From Bacteroidota bacterium (GTDB lineage Bacteria; Bacteroidota; Bacteroidia; Bacteroidales; GCA-2711565): 64,000 nt of DNA. The notes under the pieces are model-generated. The model searched no databases and was not told the DNA's origin. It worked only from the letters and a program-made list of their open reading frames with translations. The DNA is taken from contig PIVJ01000003.1 of assembly GCA_003353955.1 (NCBI GenBank), positions 2,378 through 66,377 on the forward strand, in the 5' to 3' direction. Position numbers and translations under genes: made by a program. Shown here piece by piece: positions 20,701 through 30,781 of this stretch (its first letter is position 1; each line of letters begins with the position of its first letter).

Positions 20701-23700
20701 TATTTACAATATACGGTACAGAATTATTAAATTCGACATCTGAATTTCTCAATGCAATATTTCGTTGATGTTTGATATTCACCAGTTCTTCCAAATTTAT
20801 ATTAAAGCTGTTTTCCTCAGGCCAAATAGCATCGGGGTCGGCTGCTGTGGTTCCCCACGGAGTGAATGTTAATGGGATTTCGTATTCATAATAATTTTCG
20901 GTAAGATCCGAACCCAAACGAATAAAAACACTTAGTTCACCATAGCGTACTTCCTCTTCCTCAGTCATTTTTTCAGCGTGAACAAACATGTTTAGGTTTT
21001 TGTATTGTCTGAAATCGAAACTGGTGGTTTTATATACACCCCTCGAATCACCATCTTCCAGATTATCCACTTTCAAAACCATCGCTTGTTCATTTCTTCT
21101 AATCACATCGGTGGTGGCAATCTTAATTTCACGCTCAATTCCTGGAGGAATTACATAAGGGACTGGATATCTTTTTCCATTCTCCTCAATATTAACTGCC
21201 GAAACATCAAAGGTAGTTTCGCTTTGAGCATCCAATGGCTCAGAAACAGCATTTGGGAGTAATGATTGGCGATATCTTCTCCATTCACCTCTAACCAATT
21301 CCAATGTAGCGAATCTTAAAACGATCGGTCGTTGAAAGCCACTCATGATTATACGCATAAATCGAATTGACTTAAAATCCTGAATATTCCCTATAACTTT
21401 GTCAGGTTGATTTACTGGGATTTTAAACTGATACCATTTGATACTTTTGGTATTTCCATTTGGTAATTGATGAGAAGTTGACTCATAAATATCAGTGATG
21501 TAATTTTCGCCAATAATCATTTTTGTCCTGTCTAAATCAACTTCATATTGGAAATATCGCTCTGCTTCGCTCAGGGTATTATCGTAATTAATATCTTCTA
21601 TATTCGGCCTAGCGGTAGCTGCCGTCGGATAAGACTCTGGATTTTGATCACTTGAAGGCGAAACCGAATTGCCCTCCGGATTATTAAAATTTTTATAGCG
21701 CTCCAAAATACTCGAGTACTTATTGTCATTGTCGTAAGTAGTGCCCCTGAAGTAATGATAATTATCAGATGAAGGGTCTATCAACGCATTATTGAATGCC
21801 AGAGAGTTTGAACCGAATAAATCTTCAATACTGTTCAGATATCCATGTAGGTCGGTAGTTTGATTAAAGAAACTTCTTTCGTCTTCGTCACTTAATCCAT
21901 CATAACCTACATCCTGATATTTGCGTGCTCCAGCCTGATTATCGAAAGATTCGACTAGCGATTGGAGCGTTGGGACGCGTCCCCAAATGGTTGTATCAAC
22001 ATTTGTGATTACATCACTTGCAGGCAAGCCATGTTCGAAACTTTTTCTGGAGTCTCTTAAAATATCCTCAGAAATCTCTCCCAAATTAAAATATAATTTT
22101 CCTTTATTATCGCCATCTTCGGTAAATGGATCCATCATCCAGAATTCGATATATTCAACATTCGTAGTTTCAAAATCTGTTGACTCGATTTTGCGCATTA
22201 TACCTGCCCATCGTGATTCAGGATCATTTAATTTGCCTTCATTATTTATTCCACTTGTAAAACTACCGGAAGGTGAAACATCATAATTATAAGGCCCTTT
22301 TTCAGAAGGATAGAATGCCATATCTAAAGTTGGGATATTAGTGGGTTTCCCTTGGGGAAGATCCTTATTTGGAAAGACTTCTGTTTCTAATACTTGTCGA
22401 ACAGGATTTCTTGAAAGCTCATTATTATCAACATTCGCAGGTTTTGAATTATTTTTTCGGTCGTAAAACAAAGGATCGATAATGTACCATGCCATCTTAG
22501 CTCTGTTTTTACCATAATTTAATCCTTCGTTAGGTGCTGCTTCTGGAAATAAGTCATATTGTCCTTGGGGAGTACTTGACAATAACCAAGCTCCAAGATT
22601 TTTCAACTCTATAGTTGATGTACTTCCTTCAAAATCGTCAATGTATGAAGTACCGATTTTCCCAATTGCTCTTGAATGGCCTGGCATGAACTGCGCAAAT
22701 TCTCCACCAATATTAATTACAGATTCTGTCTTGGTACTTATAAATGGTAGTTTATCTACCAGTTTAGTAAGCAATCTTGATTTCTCCTCAACGTTAAAAT
22801 TGAAACCCCAAATGGTGTTTGAAATTGGATCATTGCCATAATTTGTTTTTTCGGTTAAGGGGCGTTCATTCAAATTAATGATGGTTGCACCAATATTTGT
22901 GTTATCTCTCAAAGCATAATTAATGTGCGTACCCATCATTCGCTTTGTTTGCAAATTGAACATCGAATTGCTCTCGAGAGAGATTTTAACTGGTGTGCCT
23001 GAATTTAAAATTCCCTCATTAATTATTCGAACCCTACCCAAGGTATAGTCAACGGTATAATCCACATTCTCCGTTAAAGGAATTCCACCAGCAGTTACCA
23101 CAACAGATCCCTGAGGAACATTAATTGCATTCAGCGAAATTTCGTTACTGGAAGATGATTTATAAAATCCTTCGAGTATAAATTTATTCTTCTCCGGGTA
23201 TTGCTCAGCCCCTGTTTTTGTTAAAGTATACAGAGAATCGTAAGAGTATTTGTTGGCTAGATCCAGATCGTCAAATAATTTTCTTAAATCCTTTCCAAAA
23301 GGTTCCAGTACCGGGAAAAATATCCGTCCGTTTGATGATTGAATCGTACCACCATTTGTCTCTGCATTATCTATAAAATCGAAAATCCCATCTGGGGGTG
23401 GATTTAATTGAGGATTTAAATTATCCATATTCATTAAGCGAATCAACGAGACTCCTTTTATATTTTCGTTGCCTTCCGTTAAATATGCAGTTGGTATTCC
23501 ATTCTTATTTCCTGAATAAAGAACGTTGAATATAAAATCCTCAGGATTTATTTGGTATGCCCTAAGTGAATAAACATTCTTCATCATTAAATTCCACATT
23601 TTATTCCGGGTATTTACAGAAGTACTTTTCAGCATTTTAACAATTAATACTTCCGGGGCATTTATACCCTGGTCTGAAAATTCTCCAACCTGATATACTT

Positions 23701-25183
23701 TATTCTCTCCAATAACCGTATACTGGTATGCAACAGCAAGTGTTTGATCTGGATTTATTGTATTGTTTAAAGAAATGAAACCAAGCTTGCTATTGAAGGT
23801 GTATTCTGAAGAATTTAGTTTACGTGCGCTTTCAATTTTCTCAAAATCTTCTCCCGAAGTAAAATAGTCTGACTGTCCAATATTCAGAGGGTCGGATTTT
23901 AAATAATTTGTTACCGTATTGATATCCCTAATCTGTGTTGTCTCAATTCTTGTTAGCAAATCATTTGAAAGATTAGAAGGTAAATGCCCACCGGGTTCTG
24001 GGTTTATGAATTTGTTATTCGCATCGTATTCACCCAAATCTGATAATGCTATAATATTTCTGTTATTAGTGACAGCCGGTCCAATATTTGTTACCCAAAC
24101 TTCCATACGGGTTATATTAACATTGGAGGCTATAATGGGCAAGTTTTTCAATGCTTCATTATATCGATTGCTAGGTTTCCCATCACTTCCTGTCAGTTCC
24201 TCACGAAAGTATTGACCCAGAAAGAAGTGTCTGTTTTCTTCATAATCAAGTGCTGTTAAGCTAAACTCATTTGTTTGTGCGCCACCTTGAACGCTTATTG
24301 AAGAAGTCTGGCTTTTTTGTTGTGAGAACACACTGGTAATGGTTGCTCTGCCAAATTGCAATCTGGTTTTAATTCCAAACAAACTTTGACTACCCGTAAT
24401 TAAAGTTGTTGGTAATGGTAAAGTAATATCTCCTGCTTCTATCAATTTTATAATTTCATCTTCTTTGCCCTCATATTTTAAGTCCAGTTTATTTTCGAAA
24501 TCAAAGGTTGATTCTGTGTTATAATTTGTTTTGAATTTTATTTTATCCCCAATATTTGCCAGTACACTCATTTGAATTTTTTCCTTGAAATCGAAATTGG
24601 TAGTCCGCCTGCTACGTACGTCCAGCGTTTCATCTTTGCGATTATTTGCCAACACACCAAAGGTTAACTCAGCAGATCCTTGAGGGCGAACATCAACCGT
24701 ACTGCCACCAAAAATTAAATCAAAGACCTCACCTCCAAGGTGAATGGCCGGGATTATTCCTCCACGCCTATCTGAACTCGAAGTGAGCATTTTTTCCTTC
24801 CAATAATCCGCCACAGATTTTTTTAGTGCATAATGCTGATATTCATTGAAGTTTTTATAGGATGGATTCCGGTAATTCAAATTTCCCATCTGACTGAGAA
24901 AAATATATTGTTTTGTTTCAGGATTATATATAATCCGTGATTTTATATTCGACGGATTGTTTAGAAATAATGGATTGAAGAATCTAGTGTTAAAAGGCTC
25001 TACAAACTCGCTTTTATAAGGAAATGGCAAAATAACAGCTGTATCATTTGAACTATGATTAATGGTATCTTGCTCCTGAATCCAAATTTCGCCGGCATTA
25101 GCTGTAGCGTTAATAATAGAGACAAAACAGATTAGGAGGCAAATCCATCCAAACGAGAATATATATTTATTTGCTGATTTCAA
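17798..25183 (-). CDS. sprA: T9SS translocon / cell-surface protein SprA (Sov)
   Basis: 2461-aa beta-rich protein with an N-terminal signal peptide (FVSIINATANA). Size and composition are typical of the giant SprA outer-membrane barrel of Bacteroidota. The only possible start before the signal peptide is TTG at 25183. Confidence 0.88.
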   Translation of the reverse strand: MKSANKYIFSFGWICLLICFVSIINATANAGEIWIQEQDTINHSSNDTAVILPFPYKSEFVEPFNTRFFNPLFLNNPSNIKSRIIYNPETKQYIFLSQMGNLNYRNPSYKNFNEYQHYALKKSVADYWKEKMLTSSSDRRGGIIPAIHLGGEVFDLIFGGSTVDVRPQGSAELTFGVLANNRKDETLDVRSRRTTNFDFKEKIQMSVLANIGDKIKFKTNYNTESTFDFENKLDLKYEGKEDEIIKLIEAGDITLPLPTTLITGSQSLFGIKTRLQFGRATITSVFSQQKSQTSSISVQGGAQTNEFSLTALDYEENRHFFLGQYFREELTGSDGKPSNRYNEALKNLPIIASNVNITRMEVWVTNIGPAVTNNRNIIALSDLGEYDANNKFINPEPGGHLPSNLSNDLLTRIETTQIRDINTVTNYLKSDPLNIGQSDYFTSGEDFEKIESARKLNSSEYTFNSKLGFISLNNTINPDQTLAVAYQYTVIGENKVYQVGEFSDQGINAPEVLIVKMLKSTSVNTRNKMWNLMMKNVYSLRAYQINPEDFIFNVLYSGNKNGIPTAYLTEGNENIKGVSLIRLMNMDNLNPQLNPPPDGIFDFIDNAETNGGTIQSSNGRIFFPVLEPFGKDLRKLFDDLDLANKYSYDSLYTLTKTGAEQYPEKNKFILEGFYKSSSSNEISLNAINVPQGSVVVTAGGIPLTENVDYTVDYTLGRVRIINEGILNSGTPVKISLESNSMFNLQTKRMMGTHINYALRDNTNIGATIINLNERPLTEKTNYGNDPISNTIWGFNFNVEEKSRLLTKLVDKLPFISTKTESVINIGGEFAQFMPGHSRAIGKIGTSYIDDFEGSTSTIELKNLGAWLLSSTPQGQYDLFPEAAPNEGLNYGKNRAKMAWYIIDPLFYDRKNNSKPANVDNNELSRNPVRQVLETEVFPNKDLPQGKPTNIPTLDMAFYPSEKGPYNYDVSPSGSFTSGINNEGKLNDPESRWAGIMRKIESTDFETTNVEYIEFWMMDPFTEDGDNKGKLYFNLGEISEDILRDSRKSFEHGLPASDVITNVDTTIWGRVPTLQSLVESFDNQAGARKYQDVGYDGLSDEDERSFFNQTTDLHGYLNSIEDLFGSNSLAFNNALIDPSSDNYHYFRGTTYDNDNKYSSILERYKNFNNPEGNSVSPSSDQNPESYPTAATARPNIEDINYDNTLSEAERYFQYEVDLDRTKMIIGENYITDIYESTSHQLPNGNTKSIKWYQFKIPVNQPDKVIGNIQDFKSIRFMRIIMSGFQRPIVLRFATLELVRGEWRRYRQSLLPNAVSEPLDAQSETTFDVSAVNIEENGKRYPVPYVIPPGIEREIKIATTDVIRRNEQAMVLKVDNLEDGDSRGVYKTTSFDFRQYKNLNMFVHAEKMTEEEEVRYGELSVFIRLGSDLTENYYEYEIPLTFTPWGTTAADPDAIWPEENSFNINLEELVNIKHQRNIALRNSDVEFNNSVPYIVNIGEAKVTVLGVPSISDIKAILIGIRNPKRINTASGDDGLEKSAEIWVNELRLTDFSSKGGWAATARISANLADLGRVTFMGSHNTPGFGSLEQRVNDTYKEAITAFDFSTDLELGKFFPEKSGIRIPFHFDYMDTKNTPEFNPLDPDIKLTSELESFESKNEQDSLKRIVVDYVQRKNINFMNVRKNKTSNSKSQIYDIENLNLSYAYSETFSRNIDVSYDIKRVYKGGFGYNFTNSPKLVRPFAKSKFLSKSKYLRIIQDFNFYYLPKLISFRSDMFREYNKKALRNKSRGDILLETFYIKKWDWNRNYNLKFDLSQSLKLDFRANATAYIDEPQGNPEKGDEEYTAYRKEILNEIRHLGTINRYNQLLNVNYTLPIQKIPLLNWISSQLRYQGTFNWGASPRSIQNQFGNQIENSAQIQLTGDLNLTKLYDKIPYLKALNQPTRRRPTKNPNAAGKNLQQEVMSSDEEDGSSKPKTNYFKLVADNALKILTGVKRASFNYTETSGTFIPGFYPEPTSFGNSWKYQPSENIYNQYPQFDNDYPMSLAPGIGFVFGDQRDIRNDAVRYGWLSPDTLLNQPYATKRTTSFTFRATIEPIPELKIELNADRAYSINHSEYFRADSDGNFHSYSPLDNGSFSMSIMAWASAFRRESSGNISGNFEKLKDNRQIIAYRLASENPNYSGQTFAADTVNGHVIRYPVGYGPTSQDVLLYSLLAAYTGKDAKDIPLNGFPNIPIPNWRITYTGLIRIPELQKIFRSITIMHAYRASYNVGNFSSNVEREMNGGYPAVLYVDGENYIPEYDISQVSITEQFSPLISVDVIMQNSLTARIAIKKSRNLSFSFANNQLVEVKSDELVIGCGYRIKDISLLVKSAGGQSSKRMKSDLNIKADFLIRSNKTTLRRVDEDINQISAGQKVISINTAADYLVNQKFSIRFFFDKVINNPFVSSQYPNSTTNGGISLRFTLN

Positions 25184-25456
25184 AGAATTATTCCGGTTTT
25201 AAAAACAAAATGAAAAATAGTTTCCTTTATCATGTCGCATCATGCTGATAATTCTGAGGAACATTTGTCTTTCAAATGTTAATTAAGCTAGGTTATGTTT
25301 TAGAAAAACATAGAACAGCTAAGTCTATTATAATTGTTTGATATTAAGATGCCTAGAACATTCAGTAAGCTAATTGTTTTTCATAGGATGCCTATAAATT
25401 CAAATCTCTGTTATAAAAACAATGAAATCTACAACATTATAAAACAGAACCTTAAG

Positions 25457-26041
25457 CTATAAGGATTTCAGTACATTCTTAATTAATTCTTCGACACTAA
25501 TATCATCTTTTTCCAAATTAAGAATCTTATCGATAGCTTTTGAAGCCTGGTTTTTATTAAACCCTAGCACTACCAATCCTGATAACGCTTCTTCTTTTTT
25601 AGTATTGTGTTCAAATGCAACATTTTCAGATGAAATCTCTATCCTTTCAAGTTTATCTTTTAAGTCAATGATTATCCGTTGGGCGGTTTTACCCCCAATA
25701 CCCTTCACTGCCTGCAAAGCTGCAGTATTTCCCCCTACAATTGTTGAATAAACTTCATCAGGGTTCATTGAAGAAAGTATTAAACGAGCTGTATTTGCTC
25801 CAACACCTGACACAGATATTAGGTTTACAAATAGTTTTCGTTCATTTTTAGAGTAAAAGCCATATAAAAGTTGCACATCTTCCCTCACAACAAAGTGGGT
25901 ATATAATTTACAATTTTCCTCTTTGCCGACTTGGGCGTACGTGTATAGAGAAATATGGACTTGGTATCCAATGCCATTAACATCAATGATGACATAAGTT
26001 GGTTTTTTTTCAATGAGTTTGCCTTTAACGTATGAGTACAT
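25457..26041 (-). CDS. ruvA: Holliday junction branch migration protein RuvA
   Basis: Canonical N-terminus MYSYVKGKLIEKKPTYVIIDVNGIGYQV and HhH motifs (GVGANTARLILS, VKGIGGKTAQRII). ATG at 26041 is preferred; the 34 extra codons of the tracked ORF are not RuvA-like. Confidence 0.9.
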   Translation of the reverse strand: MYSYVKGKLIEKKPTYVIIDVNGIGYQVHISLYTYAQVGKEENCKLYTHFVVREDVQLLYGFYSKNERKLFVNLISVSGVGANTARLILSSMNPDEVYSTIVGGNTAALQAVKGIGGKTAQRIIIDLKDKLERIEISSENVAFEHNTKKEEALSGLVVLGFNKNQASKAIDKILNLEKDDISVEELIKNVLKSL

Positions 26042-26289
26042 ATTATAGCGAATTGTTAGGAATAATTTATCGTATGTGGGTTCAGGGTAAAAATACGAAT
26101 TTAATTGAAACTCTATTCCAATTTGCAAATTTTCAGATATCAAGTCACTTACCCAAAGTTGATTATTATGTACCGCTTCTAACTCATTAATTTTTAATGA
26201 ATATTTATAGTTTTAAACGTGTCCAGATTGTCAGATATTCTTAAATTCGTATATCGTTTGTTAGTTTATTCACAATAAAATTTTAAGGA

Positions 26290-28578
26290 ATGGATAACTT
26301 GTTTAGAAAAGATGCCTTAATTTATCATTCGGAAGGAAGACCTGGGAAAGTTGAAGTGATTCCAACCAAGCCATATTCGACCCAAAGAGATTTGTCGTTG
26401 GCATACAGTCCGGGGGTTGCAGACCCATGTTTGGCCATTGCGAAAAACCCTGAAGATGTCTACAAATACACCGCCAAAGGAAATCTCGTAGCTGTAATTT
26501 CAAATGGTACTGCAGTATTAGGATTAGGAGATATTGGCGCCGAAGCCAGTAAACCTGTTATGGAAGGTAAGGGTCTTTTATTCAAAATATTTGCTGATAT
26601 CGACGTTTTCGATATTGAAGTTGACGTAAAAGACATTGATAAATTCGTTGAAACGGTTGTAAGTATCGCCCCAACTTTTGGCGGAATAAATCTGGAAGAT
26701 ATTAAAGCGCCTGAATGTTTTGAGATTGAAGAAAGAATTAAAGCTGCGATAGATATTCCGGTAATGCATGACGACCAACACGGCACCGCTATCATCACTT
26801 CTGCAGGTTTATTAAACGCTCTCAAAATAACCAAGAAAAAAATTGATAACGTAAAAATTGTTGTTAATGGTGCGGGTGCTTCAGCAATTTCATGTACTAA
26901 ATTGTACATTGCTCTTGGAGTGAAGCCAGGTAATATTGTGATGTTAGATTCTAAAGGAGTATTACACAAATCTCGAAAGGATTTAAATTCATCCAAAAAG
27001 CAATTTGCAACGGAAAAGGATGTACACACATTGGGTGAAGCAGTAAAAGGTTGTGATGTTTTTCTGGGGCTTTCTGTAGCGGGAGTCTTAAAAAAAGAGA
27101 TGCTCTTATCAATGGCTAAAAACCCCATCGTATTTGCCTTGGCAAATCCAATTCCCGAGATAATGTATGATGAGGCGATGGAAACCCGAGATGACATTAT
27201 TATGGGTACAGGTCGTTCTGACTTTCCAAATCAAATTAATAATGTGTTGGGATTTCCATTCATTTTTAGAGGAGCAATGGATGTAAGAGCTACAACAATA
27301 AATGAAGAAATGAAAATGGCTGCATCAATTGCCCTATCAGAACTGGCAAAAGAAACGGTTCCGGAGGAAGTGAATATAGCCTATCATTCAACCAATCTAA
27401 AATTTGGAAAAGACTACATCATCCCAAAACCAACCGATCCAAGGCTAATTGAGCATGTTGCTCCAGCTGTAGCCAAGGCTGCTATGGAAACGGGCGTAGC
27501 GCAAAAACCCATAACAGATTGGAGTGCATATAAGGATGAATTAAGAAAAAGATTGGGAATTAGTAATCCACTAATCCGTCAGATTAAAGCCCGAGCTAAG
27601 CGAGATCCTAAACGTGTAGTATTTGCCGAAGCTGAAAACTATAAAATATTGAAAGCTGCCGAGATCATTCTGAATGAAGAAATTGCCAAACCGGTATTAT
27701 TGGGAAACGTTGAAGTAATTCAGGGCTTGATTTCTGTAAATGACTTAGAGCTACCCGGTATTGAAATAATCGATCCAAAATCAGATATGGAAAAAACTCG
27801 CCGTCATGAGTTTGCTGATCTGTTATACAAAAAACGACAACGAAAAGGGATAACACTAACCGCGGCAAAAGATTTGATGCAACATCGAAATTATTTTAGT
27901 CCAATGTTGGTCGAAACAGGATATGCAGATGCGATGATCTCCGGATTGACACGAAATTATCCAGACACATTGCGTCCGGCATTGGAAGTTATTGGTAAGA
28001 AAAAGGGAGCAAAACTCGTTTCAGGAATGTATATCATCAACACCAAAGAAGGACCTATTTTCTTTTCTGACTGTACTGTTAATAAAAATCCCAATGTTGA
28101 CGATTTGGCAGAAATTGCACTTCAAACAATCTTTGCAGTCGATCAGTTTAAAATTACACCCAGAGTGGCTTTCTTGTCTTATTCAAATTTCGGTTCAAAC
28201 GATGGAGCAATTCCAACAAAACAACGTCAGGCAGTTGCAAGGCTACATCAAGATTATCCTGATTTAATAGTGGATGGCGAGATGCAGGCAAATGTAGCTT
28301 TGAATAAAGAGATGATTCAAGAAAACTTTCCTTTCTCTAAATTAGCTGATGGTCCCGCAAATACATTGATTTTTCCATCCCTCACCGCTGCCAATGTAGC
28401 TTATAAGTTAATGCAGGAAATGGGAAATTACGAAGTGATTGGCCCGGTTATCAATGGGATGGCTAAATCTGTGCATGTTTTAAATATGGGTAGTAGTGTA
28501 ACCGATATTGTAAACATGGTTATGATTTCGGTACTCGATGCTCAATGTGTTGAAGATAGAGTGAACGGAAGTAAATAA
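26290..28578 (+). CDS. maeB: NADP-dependent malic enzyme (malic enzyme + PTA-like domain)
   Basis: 762 aa with an N-terminal malic-enzyme core (DLSLAYSPGVA, VVNGAGASAISC) and a C-terminal phosphate-acetyltransferase-like domain, as in MaeB. Confidence 0.9.
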   Translation: MDNLFRKDALIYHSEGRPGKVEVIPTKPYSTQRDLSLAYSPGVADPCLAIAKNPEDVYKYTAKGNLVAVISNGTAVLGLGDIGAEASKPVMEGKGLLFKIFADIDVFDIEVDVKDIDKFVETVVSIAPTFGGINLEDIKAPECFEIEERIKAAIDIPVMHDDQHGTAIITSAGLLNALKITKKKIDNVKIVVNGAGASAISCTKLYIALGVKPGNIVMLDSKGVLHKSRKDLNSSKKQFATEKDVHTLGEAVKGCDVFLGLSVAGVLKKEMLLSMAKNPIVFALANPIPEIMYDEAMETRDDIIMGTGRSDFPNQINNVLGFPFIFRGAMDVRATTINEEMKMAASIALSELAKETVPEEVNIAYHSTNLKFGKDYIIPKPTDPRLIEHVAPAVAKAAMETGVAQKPITDWSAYKDELRKRLGISNPLIRQIKARAKRDPKRVVFAEAENYKILKAAEIILNEEIAKPVLLGNVEVIQGLISVNDLELPGIEIIDPKSDMEKTRRHEFADLLYKKRQRKGITLTAAKDLMQHRNYFSPMLVETGYADAMISGLTRNYPDTLRPALEVIGKKKGAKLVSGMYIINTKEGPIFFSDCTVNKNPNVDDLAEIALQTIFAVDQFKITPRVAFLSYSNFGSNDGAIPTKQRQAVARLHQDYPDLIVDGEMQANVALNKEMIQENFPFSKLADGPANTLIFPSLTAANVAYKLMQEMGNYEVIGPVINGMAKSVHVLNMGSSVTDIVNMVMISVLDAQCVEDRVNGSK

Positions 28579-28597
28579 TACATATTGAATAAAGAAA

Positions 28598-28624
28598 GAC
28601 CGCTTTTGTAGTGGTCACTTTTTG
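28598..28624 (+). terminator. Rho-independent terminator after maeB
   Basis: Stem GACCGC/GTGGTC (one G.U) with a 7-nt loop, followed by ACTTTTTG. Lies 20 nt after the maeB stop. Confidence 0.5.
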
Positions 28625-28667
28625 TTAGTATGTCCCCGTAGAATCTAATTATAAATAACTTCTGTTA

Positions 28668-28698
28668 TTTGCTTAACAAACAAATATTCATATCTTTG
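28668..28698 (+). promoter_or_regulatory. Full Bacteroidota promoter for mdh (TTTG-N19-TATCTTTG)
   Basis: -33 TTTG at 28668..28671 and -7 TATCTTTG at 28691..28698, 60 nt upstream of the mdh ATG. Confidence 0.6.
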
Positions 28699-28757
28699 TC
28701 CCTCAAAATCAAGCCAAAATAAATTAATTAACCACATAAAAACTAAATAAAGACATA

Positions 28758-29696
28758 ATGAATAAAATTACTGTTGTTGGTGCCGGAAATGTTGGTGCTA
28801 CATGTGCAAATGTAATTGCTCATAAAGATCTTACGCGTGAAGTTGTCCTTGTTGATATTAAAGAAGGTGTTGCAGAAGGAAAAGCCCTGGATATATGGCA
28901 AACCTCCTCCATCAATAATTTTAATACACGTGTTACCGGAGTTACAAATAACTATTTAGCAACCAAGGGATCAGGCATTGTCGTAATTACTTCCGGGCTG
29001 CCTCGTAAACCGGGGATGTCTCGCGATGACCTGATTAAAACCAACGCCGGAATTGTTAAAGAAGTTACAGAAAAAGTGATTAAATATTCGCCTGATGCTA
29101 TTATCATCGTTGTTTCTAATCCATTAGATGTGATGACTTATGCCGCTTATCAAATTGCAAATAGGCATTCAAGTAAAGTATTTGGGATGGCAGGAATACT
29201 TGATACAGCTCGCTATCGTGCATTTATTGCTGAAGCAATAAATGTTCCTCCGAAAGACATTCTTTCTCTTTCCCTAGGTGGACATGGTGACACGATGGTA
29301 CCATTACCAAGATATACCACTGTTAACGGAATTCCAATAACAGAATTATTAGGAGAGGACGAGATTAATAAAATTGTTGAACGAACTCGTTTCGGTGGTG
29401 GAGAATTAGTTAACCTGATGGGGACTTCTGCATGGTATGCTCCCGGTGCTGCCGCAGCTCAAATGGTTGAAGCCATTGTAGGCGACCAAAAACGTATCTT
29501 CCCTTGTTGTGCATGGTTACAAGGAGAATATGGTTTAAAAGATATTTATATGGGTGTTCCGGTAAAACTTGGCAAAAATGGTATAGAAGAAATCTTTGAA
29601 CTTCAATTAAATAAGGACGAAAACAAAGAACTCCAGGAATCAGCCAAGTCTGTAAAAAAAGTAATGAAAGTCCTAGACGATATGAAATTGCTCTAA
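28758..29696 (+). CDS. mdh: Malate dehydrogenase (LDH-like family)
   Basis: 312 aa with the Rossmann motif VVGAGNVGAT, the substrate loop GLPRKPGMSRDDL and the catalytic block GGHGDTMVP. Confidence 0.95.
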   Translation: MNKITVVGAGNVGATCANVIAHKDLTREVVLVDIKEGVAEGKALDIWQTSSINNFNTRVTGVTNNYLATKGSGIVVITSGLPRKPGMSRDDLIKTNAGIVKEVTEKVIKYSPDAIIIVVSNPLDVMTYAAYQIANRHSSKVFGMAGILDTARYRAFIAEAINVPPKDILSLSLGGHGDTMVPLPRYTTVNGIPITELLGEDEINKIVERTRFGGGELVNLMGTSAWYAPGAAAAQMVEAIVGDQKRIFPCCAWLQGEYGLKDIYMGVPVKLGKNGIEEIFELQLNKDENKELQESAKSVKKVMKVLDDMKLL

Positions 29697-29728
29697 TACT
29701 AAAATGCGAAAATTAGATCCTGAGATTA

Positions 29729-30724
29729 TTAGGGGTTTGGTGTAAAACCCTCATATTGATTTTTAACCTTATCTAAAACAACATAAATTTCTTCCGCATC
29801 TTCTAGGCTTACAAGTTGAGTTTTGAAATGTTTAAAGTTGGGTAATCCTTTAAAATAATCTCCATAATGTCTTCTCATTTCGAAAATACCTCGGCGCCCA
29901 TTCTTCCATTCAATTGATTTGCGCAAATGGATTATACAGGTTTTTACGCGAGCAGAAATATCAGGTTTAGGAAGTAATTCACCAGTGTCTAAGTAATGTT
30001 TAATTTCATTAAATATCCATGGATTACCATAACTTGCTCGGCCAATCATTAATCCGTCAACCCCAAACTTATCCTTAAATTTTTTAGCACTTTCCGGACC
30101 GTTCACATCTCCATTTCCAAACACCGGAATTGAGATTCGGGGATTGTTTTTTACATCGGCAATAAGATTCCATTCGGCTGCATCACTTGTTTTCATAGTA
30201 CGGGTTCGACCATGAATGGTGATCGCTGTTATTCCTACATCTTGTAATCTCTCCGCTATTTCTATAATATCACGATGTTCATTGTCATAGCCTAATCGTG
30301 TTTTAACCGTTACCGGCAAACTTGTTGCGTTAACCACAGCCTCAGTCATTTTAACCATTTTAGGGATATCGTTCAAAATACCTGAACCGGCACCTTTTGA
30401 AACAACTTTACGAACCGGGCATCCATAATTAATGTCCAAAATATCTGGCTTTGATTGCTCAGCATATTTTGCCGCTTGAATCATCGAATCAATATTATGA
30501 CCGAAAATTTGAATTCCAATGGGACGTTCAAATTCTAAGAAATCAAGTTTCTTAACGCTTTTCTCTGCATCACGAATGAGCCCTTCCGAAGAAATAAATT
30601 CGGTATACATGATATCTGCTCCATTCTTTTTACATAAATATCTGAACGGTGGATCACTTACATCTTCCATCGGAGCTAACAGTATGGGAAACTCCCCAAC
30701 CTCAATATTTCCTATCTTAATCAT
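29729..30724 (-). CDS. dusB: tRNA-dihydrouridine synthase
   Basis: 331 aa TIM-barrel Dus protein with LAPMEDVSDPPFR, DINYGCP and the HGRT block. Confidence 0.9.
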   Translation of the reverse strand: MIKIGNIEVGEFPILLAPMEDVSDPPFRYLCKKNGADIMYTEFISSEGLIRDAEKSVKKLDFLEFERPIGIQIFGHNIDSMIQAAKYAEQSKPDILDINYGCPVRKVVSKGAGSGILNDIPKMVKMTEAVVNATSLPVTVKTRLGYDNEHRDIIEIAERLQDVGITAITIHGRTRTMKTSDAAEWNLIADVKNNPRISIPVFGNGDVNGPESAKKFKDKFGVDGLMIGRASYGNPWIFNEIKHYLDTGELLPKPDISARVKTCIIHLRKSIEWKNGRRGIFEMRRHYGDYFKGLPNFKHFKTQLVSLEDAEEIYVVLDKVKNQYEGFTPNP

Positions 30725-30742
30725 GCTTGGTTATTTGAATTG

Positions 30743-30750
30743 CAAAATTA
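30743..30750 (-). promoter_or_regulatory. -7 promoter box (TAATTTTG) for dusB
   Basis: TAnnTTTG on the minus strand, 19 nt upstream of the dusB ATG. Confidence 0.45.
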
Positions 30751-30781
30751 TTAATTTTACGCTTTAAATTAAATAAATATA

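Noticed and set aside
26042-26143. 34-codon N-terminal extension of the tracked ruvA ORF.
   Set aside because: The conserved RuvA N-terminus (MYSYVKGKL...) starts at the ATG at 26041, and the extension has no RuvA similarity.
26460-27197. 245-aa ORF antisense to maeB (plus smaller ones at 26303..26503 and 26578..26781).
   Set aside because: It is fully embedded opposite a strongly conserved malic-enzyme coding frame. The translation is low-complexity and Ser/Ile/Phe-rich with no motifs. This is a typical shadow ORF.
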